Assembly: GCA_043819555.1 (NCBI GenBank)
Contig: JBDREQ010000073.1
Span: 1-64,000 of the forward strand
DNA from: Candidatus Zixiibacteriota bacterium
GTDB taxonomy: Bacteria > Zixibacteria > MSB-5A5 > GN15 > JAAZOE01
DNA length: 64,000 bases
Direction of reading: 5' to 3'
A program made the position numbers and the translations under genes. The notes under the pieces are model-generated. The model was given only the letters and a program-made list of their open reading frames with translations, made no database searches and was not told the origin of the DNA. The first letter of the stretch is position 1, and each line of letters opens with the position of its first letter. Below are positions 29,762-40,166 of the stretch, piece by piece.

Positions 29762-30370
29762 ATGAGCAATAAATATATCTTCACCGCTCTTTTGCTGGTT
29801 TGTGCGGCGGGACTGGCCTGGCCTCAGTCAAATCCGGTCGGACAGGGCAATTATCTGGCCGGCGGAAAGCTGTATTTTCAAAGCCAGACAGGAGAGGCTT
29901 ACGAAGATGAAAACGGAGAATCGACGACAACAATCAGCATAAACCCGGATTTTGGGATATTTTTTGCCGATGGATTTTTTCTCGGAGCCGCCGGCGAAAT
30001 GCAGTCAATCGACATTGGAGAGAAAAGGCGGCTGGAATATTCCATCGGTCCAAAGATTGGGTATTTTTACAACAGTGACAAATATCGCGAGGATAATGAA
30101 GGAGCCGTATTTCCATATGCAACGCTCTATTTTACTTATGGAGAATTTCAAAATCTCGAGGAATTTGAAATCAATTATTCAAAAACAGCGATCGGCATAA
30201 ATCTCGGTATGATCAAAATGATTTCTCCCGCCTTTGGATTGGATGTGGGAATCAAAATTTCACATGATACCTTTGAAATCAAAGGAGAGGATCTCGCCGG
30301 TATGGAAGGAACCTCCGTTCGGATTGGGATCGGTTTGGTTGGCTTTTTGGGTAAAAGATTTAATTTGTGA
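29762..30370 (+). CDS. Outer-membrane beta-barrel protein
   Basis: Signal peptide, alternating amphipathic beta-strands, G..F near the C-terminus. Confidence 0.7.
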   Translation: MSNKYIFTALLLVCAAGLAWPQSNPVGQGNYLAGGKLYFQSQTGEAYEDENGESTTTISINPDFGIFFADGFFLGAAGEMQSIDIGEKRRLEYSIGPKIGYFYNSDKYREDNEGAVFPYATLYFTYGEFQNLEEFEINYSKTAIGINLGMIKMISPAFGLDVGIKISHDTFEIKGEDLAGMEGTSVRIGIGLVGFLGKRFNL

Positions 30371-30397
30371 TTGCCTTTGTTAATTTAACTTACATTT

Positions 30398-31645
30398 ATG
30401 CGTGTCATGCCAGGCAGTAATATAAAGAATCCAGCAATTTCGATTCCGCAAGCCCGCAGGCTGGCGATTAACGCTCAACTGCTTGACGGCAAGTCGAAAG
30501 TCCCTGCCGGTAAAGAGGGGATTGCTCGAACAATTGAGACTATCGGATATGTGCAAATTGACACGATTTCTGTTGTTGAACGGGCTCACCGCCATACACT
30601 CTGGTCGAGACATCAGGATTTCAATGGACGGGTGCTTCACGAATTGCAGGCCAATGACCGGAGGATATTTGAGTACTGGGGCCATGCCATGTCGTACCTG
30701 CCTATGTCCGATTATCGGTACTACTTGCCTCGAATGAAAAAGTTTTGCGATCCTTACAGTAAATGGGAAAAAACGAGATATGAAAAATACGGTCATTTGA
30801 TGAAGCCGGTTCTGGAACGGATACGCAAAGAAGGGCCCTTGGGCTCCAAAGATTTCGCTCAGATATCGGATAAAAAGAGCGGAACATGGTGGGATTGGCG
30901 GCCGGCCAAAGTTGCGCTCGAGATGCTATTTTGGTGCGGTGAACTGATGATTACCGCAAGACATAATTTCCATCGGGTATATGATTTGACCGAACGGGTT
31001 TTGCCCGATTCGATAGATAAAACTTTTCCCGATAATGAAGAAGTCGGCAGGTTTTTTATCAGGCGTGCTCTCAAGTCTTACGGTGTTGCCAAAGAAAGAG
31101 AAATTCGCGAGCATATTCGAGCGGCTGATAATGAGGCGATTGAAAATTCGTTAAATGCGATGATTGAATCCAAAGAGATAATTAAGGTTTTGGTCGGCAA
31201 AAATAATGGTGATTATTATACTTTGCCGGAATCGCTCGAAAAACTTAATAATCTTAAACGGACCCCAAAAAAGATTCATATTCTTTCGCCATTTGACAAT
31301 TTGATAATTCAACGCGAACGAACCAAAAAGTTATTTGATTTTGACTATACAATTGAATGCTATGTTCCGGCGGCGAAAAGAAAATACGGCTATTTCGTTT
31401 TGCCGATTTTATGGGGTGATAAATTTGTCGGCCGTATGGATGCCAAAGCGGAAAGAAAGAAAAAGGTATTAGTGATTCGCAGATTGCATTTTGAAGACGG
31501 CTCTAAAAAACATGATAGTTTACTTCCAGCACTGGGTAAAAAACTACATGAATTCGCACGGTTTAACAGATGCGAGAGGATTGAGGCTGAGGGAGTTATT
31601 CCGTCAAAGATGGAAACAGCCATTAAGAATTCCTTGCAATATTAG
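30398..31645 (+). CDS. YcaQ/AlkZ-family (HTH_42) crosslink-repair DNA glycosylase
   Basis: VQIDTISVVERAH (QxD), FEYWGH, LSPFDNL, KRKYGYFVLPIL, VGRMDAK. Confidence 0.9.
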   Translation: MRVMPGSNIKNPAISIPQARRLAINAQLLDGKSKVPAGKEGIARTIETIGYVQIDTISVVERAHRHTLWSRHQDFNGRVLHELQANDRRIFEYWGHAMSYLPMSDYRYYLPRMKKFCDPYSKWEKTRYEKYGHLMKPVLERIRKEGPLGSKDFAQISDKKSGTWWDWRPAKVALEMLFWCGELMITARHNFHRVYDLTERVLPDSIDKTFPDNEEVGRFFIRRALKSYGVAKEREIREHIRAADNEAIENSLNAMIESKEIIKVLVGKNNGDYYTLPESLEKLNNLKRTPKKIHILSPFDNLIIQRERTKKLFDFDYTIECYVPAAKRKYGYFVLPILWGDKFVGRMDAKAERKKKVLVIRRLHFEDGSKKHDSLLPALGKKLHEFARFNRCERIEAEGVIPSKMETAIKNSLQY

Positions 31646-31790
31646 GTTCTCATTTAATAATAATCAAATATATTGCCGCCAGATGTTGAAATAATTATAA
31701 TTCTCTATGTCTTTTAGCATCTAAAGGAAAATCAGTCAATATTCGTTGATGAATTTGTGAATAAATTCAATTATTAAGGAGGAGGATAAA

Positions 31791-32108
31791 ATGATTATCA
31801 AAAAAATTGGCGTTTTTTCGTGTGCCAAAATAAGCGGGATATTATACGCTTTGATGGGATTAATTATTGGGGCAATATTCTCATTTATCAGTCTGGTCTC
31901 TTCGGTATTTTCGGGAGATTTGGGAGGCGGTCAATTAATGGGGATGTTTTTTGGAATTGGGGCAATAATACTTCTCCCGATTTTTTATGGCCTGTTGGGC
32001 TTTGTCTCTGCCGCGATAGGAAGTTGGTTTTATAACCTCGTGGCTGGCTGGATTGGCGGAATTGAAATCATCCTCGAAGAACAACCGCCCAATGTTCTGC
32101 AAAATTAG
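31791..32108 (+). CDS. Small membrane protein (DUF3566-like)
   Basis: S.AKISG.LY...GLI, P..YG, YN..AGW.GGIEI. Confidence 0.7.
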   Translation: MIIKKIGVFSCAKISGILYALMGLIIGAIFSFISLVSSVFSGDLGGGQLMGMFFGIGAIILLPIFYGLLGFVSAAIGSWFYNLVAGWIGGIEIILEEQPPNVLQN

Positions 32109-32128
32109 AATTTTTTAGAGGAGAGTAA

Positions 32129-32887
32129 ATGACTGAGAAAAATACGGACTGGTGGGAAAAATTTTTCGATGATTTCAGGCCGGTCTTTGATTCGGTTCCG
32201 GTAAAAGCTTCCAATGCGGTCGTCCGTTTCGCAATCAAATACCTTGATCTAAAACCCGGTCAACAAGTTCTTGATTGTCCCTGCGGAATCGGCCGTACGA
32301 CAATTTTAATGGCTCGCAATGGATTGAAAATGACCGGGGTGGATTTTCACCAAGGCTATCTGGATGAACTTGATAAAAAGGCAGCGCAGAAGAATCTTAA
32401 AATCAAAACGGTACAGAGTGATATGCGCCGGATTAATTTTGAAAACAAATTTCACGCCGTCGTTAACCTCTGGACGTCGTTCGGATATTTTGAAAATGAA
32501 TCAGATAATTTTCTGGTCCTCAAGAAATTTTATAAAGCATTGAGACCGGGCGGCAGACTTTTGATTCAGGCAATCAATCGTGACTATATCATTGCTGATT
32601 TCAAGGAGTCGGAATGGCTAAGAATAAATCGCGGATATGTTCTTATAAAAAATAATTTCGATTTCCGAAGATCGATGATTTACGGAACATGGCATTTTGT
32701 AAAAGACGGCGAGGAGAGCCCGCAGCCAATGCGAATCAGAGCCTATTCATATCACGAAATGGCGGCAATGTTTGAAAAAGCAGGATTTGTCGATGTCAAA
32801 GGATATGGTTCGCCCACTGGAGAAGAAATCTCATCGAAAAATCGGTCGAATTTTATTATCGGAACCAAGCCGAGAAGAAAGAAATAG
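32129..32887 (+). CDS. Class I SAM-dependent methyltransferase
   Basis: VLDCPCGIGR, DMR, TSFGYF, LRPGG. Confidence 0.92.
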   Translation: MTEKNTDWWEKFFDDFRPVFDSVPVKASNAVVRFAIKYLDLKPGQQVLDCPCGIGRTTILMARNGLKMTGVDFHQGYLDELDKKAAQKNLKIKTVQSDMRRINFENKFHAVVNLWTSFGYFENESDNFLVLKKFYKALRPGGRLLIQAINRDYIIADFKESEWLRINRGYVLIKNNFDFRRSMIYGTWHFVKDGEESPQPMRIRAYSYHEMAAMFEKAGFVDVKGYGSPTGEEISSKNRSNFIIGTKPRRKK

Positions 32888-32912
32888 TCTGTCTTCGGAG
32901 TTATTTGTCTGA

Positions 32913-33854
32913 CTATGGCTGGTACCAGACACCGCCGACGAAGGCGCTGTCGAGTTCCATATCGCCATTGTTGAGAAGCCCCACGTATGGTGCGTAAAAT
33001 TCATCATATTCGGGTTCGCCATCCGGCGTATAATGCAATTGTATAATACTCTCAAATGTCCCGGCTGGAACCTGCCCGGTGACATAATCGACAAAGGATA
33101 AACTTCCTGTGATCGAACCGGCTCCGACATTATTTACAAATACCTGAGAATTATAATTATGAGGCCCGGCAGCTTCCAGATTAAATGGAATCGCGAGAGG
33201 GGGGATAAAGACATAAATATCATCGCCGGTCAACATGTGGACATAAAATCCAGCGCTGTCCGTTCCCAGGTAGCTTATTGACCAGGCTTCAGCCGTAACT
33301 CCATTATGTAAAACTCTGCGGCAAGTGCGAATGGCAATCGTTGTGTCGCCGGAAACTGTCCTGATGATTTGTTCGTCGATGGCATTGGTATAATACCAGG
33401 TGTCGCCATCAGCCATCGGGAAATAGTCCGGACCGAGTGGCACGACTTTATCCAGCTCAACCAAAATGGTGTCGGTACCGCCATTGGACGTGACAATTAT
33501 TGTTCCCGATTCGGAGCCGATATCGAGACCGCTACGGTTAACGCTCACGGCAATATGATCGGTTTCTGAAGTGGCCTCTCCGCTTGAGGGACTCAAAGCA
33601 ATCCAGCTATAATTAGATGAAACCTGCCAGTCCAGAGTACCGGTTCCCTTATTAGCGATATTGAGAACCTCGACAATGCTGCTCCTGCCAAAATCAAGAG
33701 AATTGGGCGAGGCCTCTAAAACCGGGGTAGTCGGCCGAACTGGGTTACTCCCGCTATCATCACCACCACAACCGATCAGAAATATCGCAAGTAAGGCAAA
33801 TTGAGAAAGAACCAGCAATATGTACAAGTTATTTGATTTCACGGATTTACCCAA
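32913..33854 (-). CDS. Lipoprotein with BACON/Ig-like domain
   Basis: Lipobox LIGC; N.GTGTL.W...W...SP.SG domain; YFP...G.TW.Y C-terminal domain; TTG start. Confidence 0.75.
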   Translation of the reverse strand: MGKSVKSNNLYILLVLSQFALLAIFLIGCGGDDSGSNPVRPTTPVLEASPNSLDFGRSSIVEVLNIANKGTGTLDWQVSSNYSWIALSPSSGEATSETDHIAVSVNRSGLDIGSESGTIIVTSNGGTDTILVELDKVVPLGPDYFPMADGDTWYYTNAIDEQIIRTVSGDTTIAIRTCRRVLHNGVTAEAWSISYLGTDSAGFYVHMLTGDDIYVFIPPLAIPFNLEAAGPHNYNSQVFVNNVGAGSITGSLSFVDYVTGQVPAGTFESIIQLHYTPDGEPEYDEFYAPYVGLLNNGDMELDSAFVGGVWYQP

Positions 33855-34041
33855 TCTTCAAACCTGTTTGTTTATTCCAAAATATACGCAATTAAAAAGT
33901 TTCGTCAAGCATAGTTAATTCATGAAGGTCAGAATTTCGTTTTTTGATTTTTGACAAATCGGCGGAATTGCCGTCTTAAATACGACCGGTTTTTGGACGA
34001 AAATATTTGATTGGGATTGGGATAAAGTTTGGTAAAACCGT

Positions 34042-34070
34042 TTGACAGCATATTGTTAAATTGTTATATT
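34042..34070 (+). promoter_or_regulatory. Sigma70 promoter
   Basis: TTGACA-N17-TATATT with extended TG. Confidence 0.7.
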
Positions 34071-34135
34071 CTCAATCTGTCGCAAGGCAGTGGATGAGAA
34101 AATATTTAGCCGTGATATACGGGAGGAAGTCCTTT

Positions 34136-35584
34136 ATGAAGACGCTGGTCGGTCTTTTAACCTTGAGTCTAATGCTAACTGTATCTGTAGTATTCGGACA
34201 GTCAACGAGTAGAGCTCTAAACGCAAATAGTTTTGGGTTTTACGGCGGCGGCGCCAGAGCTATGGCGATGGGCAATGCTTTCATCGGCCTGGCGGATGAC
34301 ATTAGTGGAGGAAGTTGGAATCCAGCTGGAATTTATCAGTTGGACAAGCCGGCTATATCTGTTTCATATAATATGTTCACTCCAAAAGGGGAATATCGAT
34401 ATAATAGAGATGAATATCTTATCAATGAAATCACTCCAAATGATATTCAACTTAATGGAATTGGCCATTTCTCATTTGTCGCTCCGGTCCGTATTAAGGG
34501 ACATCCCTGGGTATTTAATTTAAATTTTATCCGCAATAATAATAGTAGTTTTCTCAGAAATATGAAGACAAATCCATGGAGCAATTTAGACCCTGATGAT
34601 TATCTTAAGAGTGAATCTGGTATGCGTACATTTAATTTTGGCTTCTCAACGAGATTATATGATCGTCTTGCAATAGGAGTTGTCGCCAATATTTATGACG
34701 CCAGAGAAATAGTGGTTGATATTGAACGATGGGCTTATGATAGTGTTATTTATTTTGATGGAACATCTATTAATGTAAAGCATGAGAATGGCGTTACTGA
34801 TTCAATAGCAAGTAGTGGATTCAATTTTCTCATCGGTACGATGTATAAAATGGATAAGGTGAGCCTTGGCGCCGTAATTAGGACTCCCTTTCAGCTCAAG
34901 CACAATTCTGATCGCCTTTTTGAATTTTTGACTACTCATCAAGGTCTGGTTTATACTGCCGGCTCAGATACGCTATTTGATGATAATAATTTATCTAAAC
35001 AGGATTTGCCGTTGTCGATTGGATTTGGCGTCGGCCTGACTCCCAAGGAAAACATAAAAATCACTCTTGATTTTAATTATGATAAGTATGGTTCTGTAAG
35101 TTGGTTTGCCAATGATTCTACGGTGATTTCCCCGGGAGGCGAGAGAACTGATTATTACAGCGAAATACCGATTGACTGGAATAACACATTTGGAGTCGGG
35201 AGCGGGATTGAATATGTTTTAACATCTGCTTTTGGGCAAATACCGATACGGGCCGGATTTAGATTTAATCAATTACCCACGCCAAAAGATTTTAATCAGC
35301 ATACTGATATCATACTTGATATGGATGGAAATGATACTGGTGCACGCAATATGTTGTACACTGCCAGCGGGCGTCAAAATATGACTCAATTTAGTGTTGG
35401 CTCTGGTATTCATTGGTCGCAGATCCGTATTGATTTGACATATCGTATTTCTTCACAAACGGGATGGAATAGAGTAGATACAGAAACGGATATTGACAAT
35501 CCGAGCCAGATTAAGACCATATCTGTGCAAGGGAATGAGCCCAAATCGCATGAATTTAATATTAGCTTTACGGGGTATTTCTAA
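34136..35584 (+). CDS. FadL/OmpP1/PorV-like outer-membrane barrel
   Basis: Signal peptide, GARAMAMGNAF.GLADD...WNPAG plug motif, C-terminal Phe; GGGAGG RBS before 34136. Confidence 0.8.
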   Translation: MKTLVGLLTLSLMLTVSVVFGQSTSRALNANSFGFYGGGARAMAMGNAFIGLADDISGGSWNPAGIYQLDKPAISVSYNMFTPKGEYRYNRDEYLINEITPNDIQLNGIGHFSFVAPVRIKGHPWVFNLNFIRNNNSSFLRNMKTNPWSNLDPDDYLKSESGMRTFNFGFSTRLYDRLAIGVVANIYDAREIVVDIERWAYDSVIYFDGTSINVKHENGVTDSIASSGFNFLIGTMYKMDKVSLGAVIRTPFQLKHNSDRLFEFLTTHQGLVYTAGSDTLFDDNNLSKQDLPLSIGFGVGLTPKENIKITLDFNYDKYGSVSWFANDSTVISPGGERTDYYSEIPIDWNNTFGVGSGIEYVLTSAFGQIPIRAGFRFNQLPTPKDFNQHTDIILDMDGNDTGARNMLYTASGRQNMTQFSVGSGIHWSQIRIDLTYRISSQTGWNRVDTETDIDNPSQIKTISVQGNEPKSHEFNISFTGYF

Positions 35585-35603
35585 GAGAAAGCCTGAAAAA
35601 ACT

Positions 35604-35642
35604 AAAAAGGCGGAAGCTTATTTTGATTCCGCCTTTTTTTTC
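35604..35642 (+). terminator. Intrinsic terminator
   Basis: AAAAAGGCGGAA-loop-TTCCGCCTTTTTTTT. Confidence 0.85.
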
Positions 35643-35704
35643 TGATATGATTTCAGTAAATTACCGATAATAATCGATGATAAGTTTATAGGAGAAAAAG
35701 ATAA

Positions 35705-36385
35705 ATGGCTCAAAATATTAAAATTACGAAGCGGGATCTCAAAGAAGATAAATTTACGACCAATATGCTTTTGGCCAAAGACTATATTATGAACAATTGG
35801 GTGATTTTTGCCGGGGGAGCGGCGGTCATAGTTCTAATTGTATTAGGAATTACCTTCTTGCAGCAAGAACAATCCCGAAAAGAAATTGCGGCTGCGGATA
35901 TTTACAATCGAGCCGCCAGTCAATTGATGGGCAAAAGCTATCCCCTGGCGATTGTTGATTATAAGTTAATTATTGATGAATACGGATCGTCAACCGTAGC
36001 TGAGCAGGCAACGTTTGAATTAGGCAACGCCTATTTTTATAACAAACAATATACTGAGGCTAAAGAAGCGTTTGAGGCATATTTATCGTCATATGAAGGC
36101 AACAATCAATATTTTACGACCTCGGCTATGGCGGGTGCCGCGGCATCGCTTGCAGCATTGGGAGATATGGCCGGGGCGGCTGATATGTACAGGGCCGCGG
36201 CTGAAAAATATCCGGATTTTGATATGGCCGGACAATATTTATATGACGCAATGAAACACTATGCCCTGGCCGAGAATCTTGAATCCGCCCGTGTTATTTT
36301 TGCCAAATTAACAAATGATTATAAAAGCAGCCGTTTTTATCGCGATGCTGTGAGATTGGCCGGAGAATACGGCATAGAATTATAA
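35705..36385 (+). CDS. Membrane-anchored TPR protein (YfgM-like)
   Basis: KITKRDLKEDKF N-terminus, one TM helix, TPR helices. Confidence 0.8.
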   Translation: MAQNIKITKRDLKEDKFTTNMLLAKDYIMNNWVIFAGGAAVIVLIVLGITFLQQEQSRKEIAAADIYNRAASQLMGKSYPLAIVDYKLIIDEYGSSTVAEQATFELGNAYFYNKQYTEAKEAFEAYLSSYEGNNQYFTTSAMAGAAASLAALGDMAGAADMYRAAAEKYPDFDMAGQYLYDAMKHYALAENLESARVIFAKLTNDYKSSRFYRDAVRLAGEYGIEL

Positions 36386-36406
36386 CAATTATTTTGGGGG
36401 TGGGAA

Positions 36407-38542
36407 TTGCTTAAGGTTGCCTTTTTGTGGCACATGCATCAACCGTATTATCGCGATCCCCAATCCGGTAATATGGCGCTCCCATGGGTCAGGTTGCATG
36501 CTTTAAAAGATTATTATGATCTTCCCGCACGGATTGGAAATTATGAAAACCTGAAAATGACTTTTAATCTGGTCCCATCGCTTTTGGAACAGATTGATCT
36601 TTATTGTGATGGACAATCTACCGACCGGCACTTTGAATTAACCACACGTCCCACAAACAGCCTGAATTCTCATGAGAAGATGGAAGTTTTTAAGATATTT
36701 TTCCAGGCGAACCAGGAAACAATGATTGATCCTTATCCGTGTTATCGAAGGATTTTTAGGAAATTCCATGATTGCAATAGTGACGCGGACCTTGCGGTTC
36801 GAACCTCGACCGTTCAGGAGATCAGGGATCTGATCGTTTGGGCAAATCTGGTTTGGGTAGATCCTATTCTAAGAAGGCGAGAACCCTTTAAAAGTCTATT
36901 TAGCAAAGGAGAGAAATTTACCGAAGAGGACAAGTCCGCTCTGGTCCATGCCCAGCTTTCTCTAATGTCAGAAATCGTTCCGGTTTATAAATCTCTAATG
37001 GAACTGAATAAAATTGAGGTTTCTTTTTCTCCGTATTTTCACCCGATTTTACCATTATTGTGCGATACTGATTCGGCCCGCGAAGCATTACCGGGTATAG
37101 TTCTGCCGCAAAACCGCTTTTGTCATCCGGAAGATGCGCGACGCCAGGTGATTCTCGCGATTGAAATGTATCAGGATAAATTCGGGAGAGATTTAAAAGG
37201 GATGTGGCCATCCGAGGGATCGATATCTGAACCTGTGGCCGAAATCTTGATAGAAAACGGCCTCAAATGGATGGCTTCGGATGAACAGGTATTATATAAT
37301 TCAGCGCAAAAATCCGGAATTGATCGAAGTGAATCCGGAACTCATAATGTTTATAAGTACAAATCATCCGGCGGCGAAATTCATTTGTTTTTTCGAGATC
37401 ATGCCCTTTCGGATAAAATAGGATTTGTCTATTCGGGCTGGGAAGCCAATCGAGCCGTCAATGATTTTATGAGTCAGCTCTATCGATTGAATGATATATT
37501 GGGGGCGGATGATAATCATGTAGTGCCAATTATTCTTGATGGCGAAAATTGCTGGGAATTTTATGCCAATGACGGCGATGAGTTTTTGAATTTATTGTTT
37601 GAACAACTTTCATCCGATACCAGGATTGAGACGGTTACAATGTCTGAAGCGGCTGAAAAGGTACAGTCAAAACCCCTCAAGCGGATATTTGCCGGTTCGT
37701 GGATTAATAGTAATTTCCGTATCTGGATTGGTCATGCCGAGGATAATCTGGCCTGGGATCTGTTATGGGAAGCACGGCGGGCGCTGTATAAATTCAGAGA
37801 TGAACACCCGGATTTCGATGTAAAAATCATAGGCAGGGCAGAAAAATCGCTTATGGCCGCGGAAGGGTCAGATTGGAACTGGTGGTATGGCGATGAGCAT
37901 CGGGGAACTCAAAACGATTTATTCGATCAAATCTATCGCAAACATATTGGATTTATTTATACTTTATTAGGTCTGGAGATACCCAGGAACGTCCTTTCGC
38001 CTATAACTAAGGCTGTTCCGGTTTCATATATAACATCTCCGGAGTGTACCGTAACCCCGAAAATTGATGGCAAACTGACATCATACTATGAATGGCTCGG
38101 CGCCGGGAAATTCGATTGCATTAAGGCGGGCGGGGCGATGCATCGGGTTGACCGTGCCATAAAAGAATTGTACTTCGTCGCTGATGAAGAATATCTGTAT
38201 TTCAGGGTAGATTTCACAAAGAAAGGTTTTTTGGTTGACAATCGTCATCTGAGTTTGAAAATTGATATTATAAACCCCGGTCAGGGTCAATTTATATTTT
38301 CGAATGACGAAATGCGTCAGGTGCCCGATTGGGTTAAAGATAAAGGCGATATACTATTCGGCATCGACGACATTGCTGAAGTCGGTTTAAAAAGGAGCAT
38401 GTTTTTCCCGGAAGGGCGCGGCGATTTATTTTTTCGATTAGGCGTTGTGGAGAATGATCAAGAACTGGAAATTTGGCCCGAGGGCGACCCGATTCATTTT
38501 GCCGTACTCAAAGAGGGAGAAGATATTATATGGGATTTATAA
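36407..38542 (+). CDS. Glycoside hydrolase family 57 (amylopullulanase-like)
   Basis: WHMHQPYY, HPILPLL, WPSEG, LDGEN.WE, AEGSDW.WW. Confidence 0.94.
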   Translation: MLKVAFLWHMHQPYYRDPQSGNMALPWVRLHALKDYYDLPARIGNYENLKMTFNLVPSLLEQIDLYCDGQSTDRHFELTTRPTNSLNSHEKMEVFKIFFQANQETMIDPYPCYRRIFRKFHDCNSDADLAVRTSTVQEIRDLIVWANLVWVDPILRRREPFKSLFSKGEKFTEEDKSALVHAQLSLMSEIVPVYKSLMELNKIEVSFSPYFHPILPLLCDTDSAREALPGIVLPQNRFCHPEDARRQVILAIEMYQDKFGRDLKGMWPSEGSISEPVAEILIENGLKWMASDEQVLYNSAQKSGIDRSESGTHNVYKYKSSGGEIHLFFRDHALSDKIGFVYSGWEANRAVNDFMSQLYRLNDILGADDNHVVPIILDGENCWEFYANDGDEFLNLLFEQLSSDTRIETVTMSEAAEKVQSKPLKRIFAGSWINSNFRIWIGHAEDNLAWDLLWEARRALYKFRDEHPDFDVKIIGRAEKSLMAAEGSDWNWWYGDEHRGTQNDLFDQIYRKHIGFIYTLLGLEIPRNVLSPITKAVPVSYITSPECTVTPKIDGKLTSYYEWLGAGKFDCIKAGGAMHRVDRAIKELYFVADEEYLYFRVDFTKKGFLVDNRHLSLKIDIINPGQGQFIFSNDEMRQVPDWVKDKGDILFGIDDIAEVGLKRSMFFPEGRGDLFFRLGVVENDQELEIWPEGDPIHFAVLKEGEDIIWDL

Positions 38543-38554
38543 TCCGGAGGATTA

Positions 38555-38950
38555 ATGTCTGAATCTTTTTTTAATCAGGATAAGAAGGATGAAAAACTCT
38601 CTGGCGAAGGGAGAATTCCGGAATTAGAGAGCGATGGATTTGATTCCCGGCCGTCTGAAGATAAGCGGATGATGGCGGTTATGGCTTATATTCCGTTCCT
38701 GTGTTTTATTCCACTACTGAAAATGCGCGATGATCGGTATGTTTATTTCCATGCCCGCCAAGGATTAGTTTTATTTTTTATGGAAATAATCGCCTTCATA
38801 TTTTCATTTCCTCATCTCAGCCAATTATTCTGGACCGCGATTATTATCGGGTGTATTGGGGCGGCTGTCGCCGGAATAATGTTCGCCGTTCAGGGCAAAG
38901 CTCACCAGATTCCCATTATTGGAGATTTGGCTAATAAGCTGAAGTTGTAA
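38555..38950 (+). CDS. DUF4870-like membrane protein
   Basis: AYIPFL, FHARQGL, G...IPIIG. Confidence 0.75.
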   Translation: MSESFFNQDKKDEKLSGEGRIPELESDGFDSRPSEDKRMMAVMAYIPFLCFIPLLKMRDDRYVYFHARQGLVLFFMEIIAFIFSFPHLSQLFWTAIIIGCIGAAVAGIMFAVQGKAHQIPIIGDLANKLKL

Positions 38951-38956
38951 GTAAAA

Positions 38957-39769
38957 ATGAAATTGGAACAATCAAAATTATTATTCCCAATTCTTTTAAT
39001 AATAATCTTTTTGGCTTTTCAATCCTGCGCGACGACCGGGCCGGGCGGGAAAAAATCACTTATCCTGATATCCTCAAATCAGGAAGTAGCCATTGGACAG
39101 GAACTAAATCAGGAGCTCCAACAATCTGAGAAATGGCTCGATGATCCGGAATGGCAGGCATATATCAATGAGATGGGCCAGAAAATAGTCGCGGTTTCAG
39201 ATCGCAAAGATATTGAATATAAATTCGCGGTTATTGAATCGGACCAAATTAATGCTTTCGCCGCTCCGGGCGGTTTTGTTTTTTTCTACACTGGGTTAAT
39301 TAAAAAGATGGATAATGAGGCCGAATTGGCCGCTGTAATGGCTCACGAAATCAGCCATGTTGTGGGTCGGCATAGCATTAAAAGCCTCCAATCGGTAATG
39401 GGGCTGTCACTGGTACTGGATTTGGCTTTGGGGGAGAAATCAGACCAGACAAAGGCTCTGGCTGGAACAGCTTTGGGGATAGTTATGTCAGGCTACTCGC
39501 GCTCAAATGAACATGAGGCCGATGATTTTGGCCTGACCTATATGGTGAGAGCCGGGTGGAACCCGGACGGGATGTTATCAATGTTTGAAAAATTGCGGGT
39601 AATGAATAATGATGATAATGCCGGGTTCTTTGAAATGCTCGCTTCCAGCCATCCCCAAACCAGCGACCGAATTTCCTCGACCAGAGAGAGAATTAAAAAA
39701 CTTGGGGAACTGCCTTCAAATTTGACTCTAAATAGCCAGAAGTTTAATAACCTTAAAAACCGCCTGTAG
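38957..39769 (+). CDS. M48-family zinc metallopeptidase lipoprotein
   Basis: Lipobox FQSC, NAFAAPGG, AHEISH, E.EAD, SHP. Confidence 0.93.
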   Translation: MKLEQSKLLFPILLIIIFLAFQSCATTGPGGKKSLILISSNQEVAIGQELNQELQQSEKWLDDPEWQAYINEMGQKIVAVSDRKDIEYKFAVIESDQINAFAAPGGFVFFYTGLIKKMDNEAELAAVMAHEISHVVGRHSIKSLQSVMGLSLVLDLALGEKSDQTKALAGTALGIVMSGYSRSNEHEADDFGLTYMVRAGWNPDGMLSMFEKLRVMNNDDNAGFFEMLASSHPQTSDRISSTRERIKKLGELPSNLTLNSQKFNNLKNRL

Positions 39770-40079
39770 TTTTGCTCACCGATTTTTGTGTTTTGGTTTA
39801 GGCTGTTATTCGAATACTCAGCAATAATAATCACAAGAAATGGCCCGTTATTGGTGCAATTACATGCAACATTTCCCTTGAGAAATGCAGTAGATTGCAC
39901 GTATTATGATTTGCTGTTCATTTACTAAACAGCAAAATACGCCTGATAAAAAATTAATAAAGAATAATGGGTCTAACATATCCATAATGGCGATAACAAG
40001 GCATTATGTTATAATGACTTATAATGAGATTAATCAGTGGTGGCTGCTGTAAATGTAAGATTTGCATTCATCAAATTTT

Positions 40080-40096
40080 CTGGCAGTCTATTTGCT
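40080..40096 (+). promoter_or_regulatory. Sigma54 -24/-12 promoter
   Basis: CTGGCAG-TCTAT-TTGCT about 70 bp before the sugar transferase ATG. Confidence 0.7.
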
Positions 40097-40166
40097 CAAT
40101 TTCAATTAATGCTTGGGATAATTAGGAAAATCCTTCAAAATATTGTGATCTTTTAGGGGGTCCACT

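Noticed and set aside
35661..35670. CCGATA motifs (also near 43495 and 47901) as sigma28 promoters
   Set aside because: No properly spaced TAAA -35 element; the motif is too short to support
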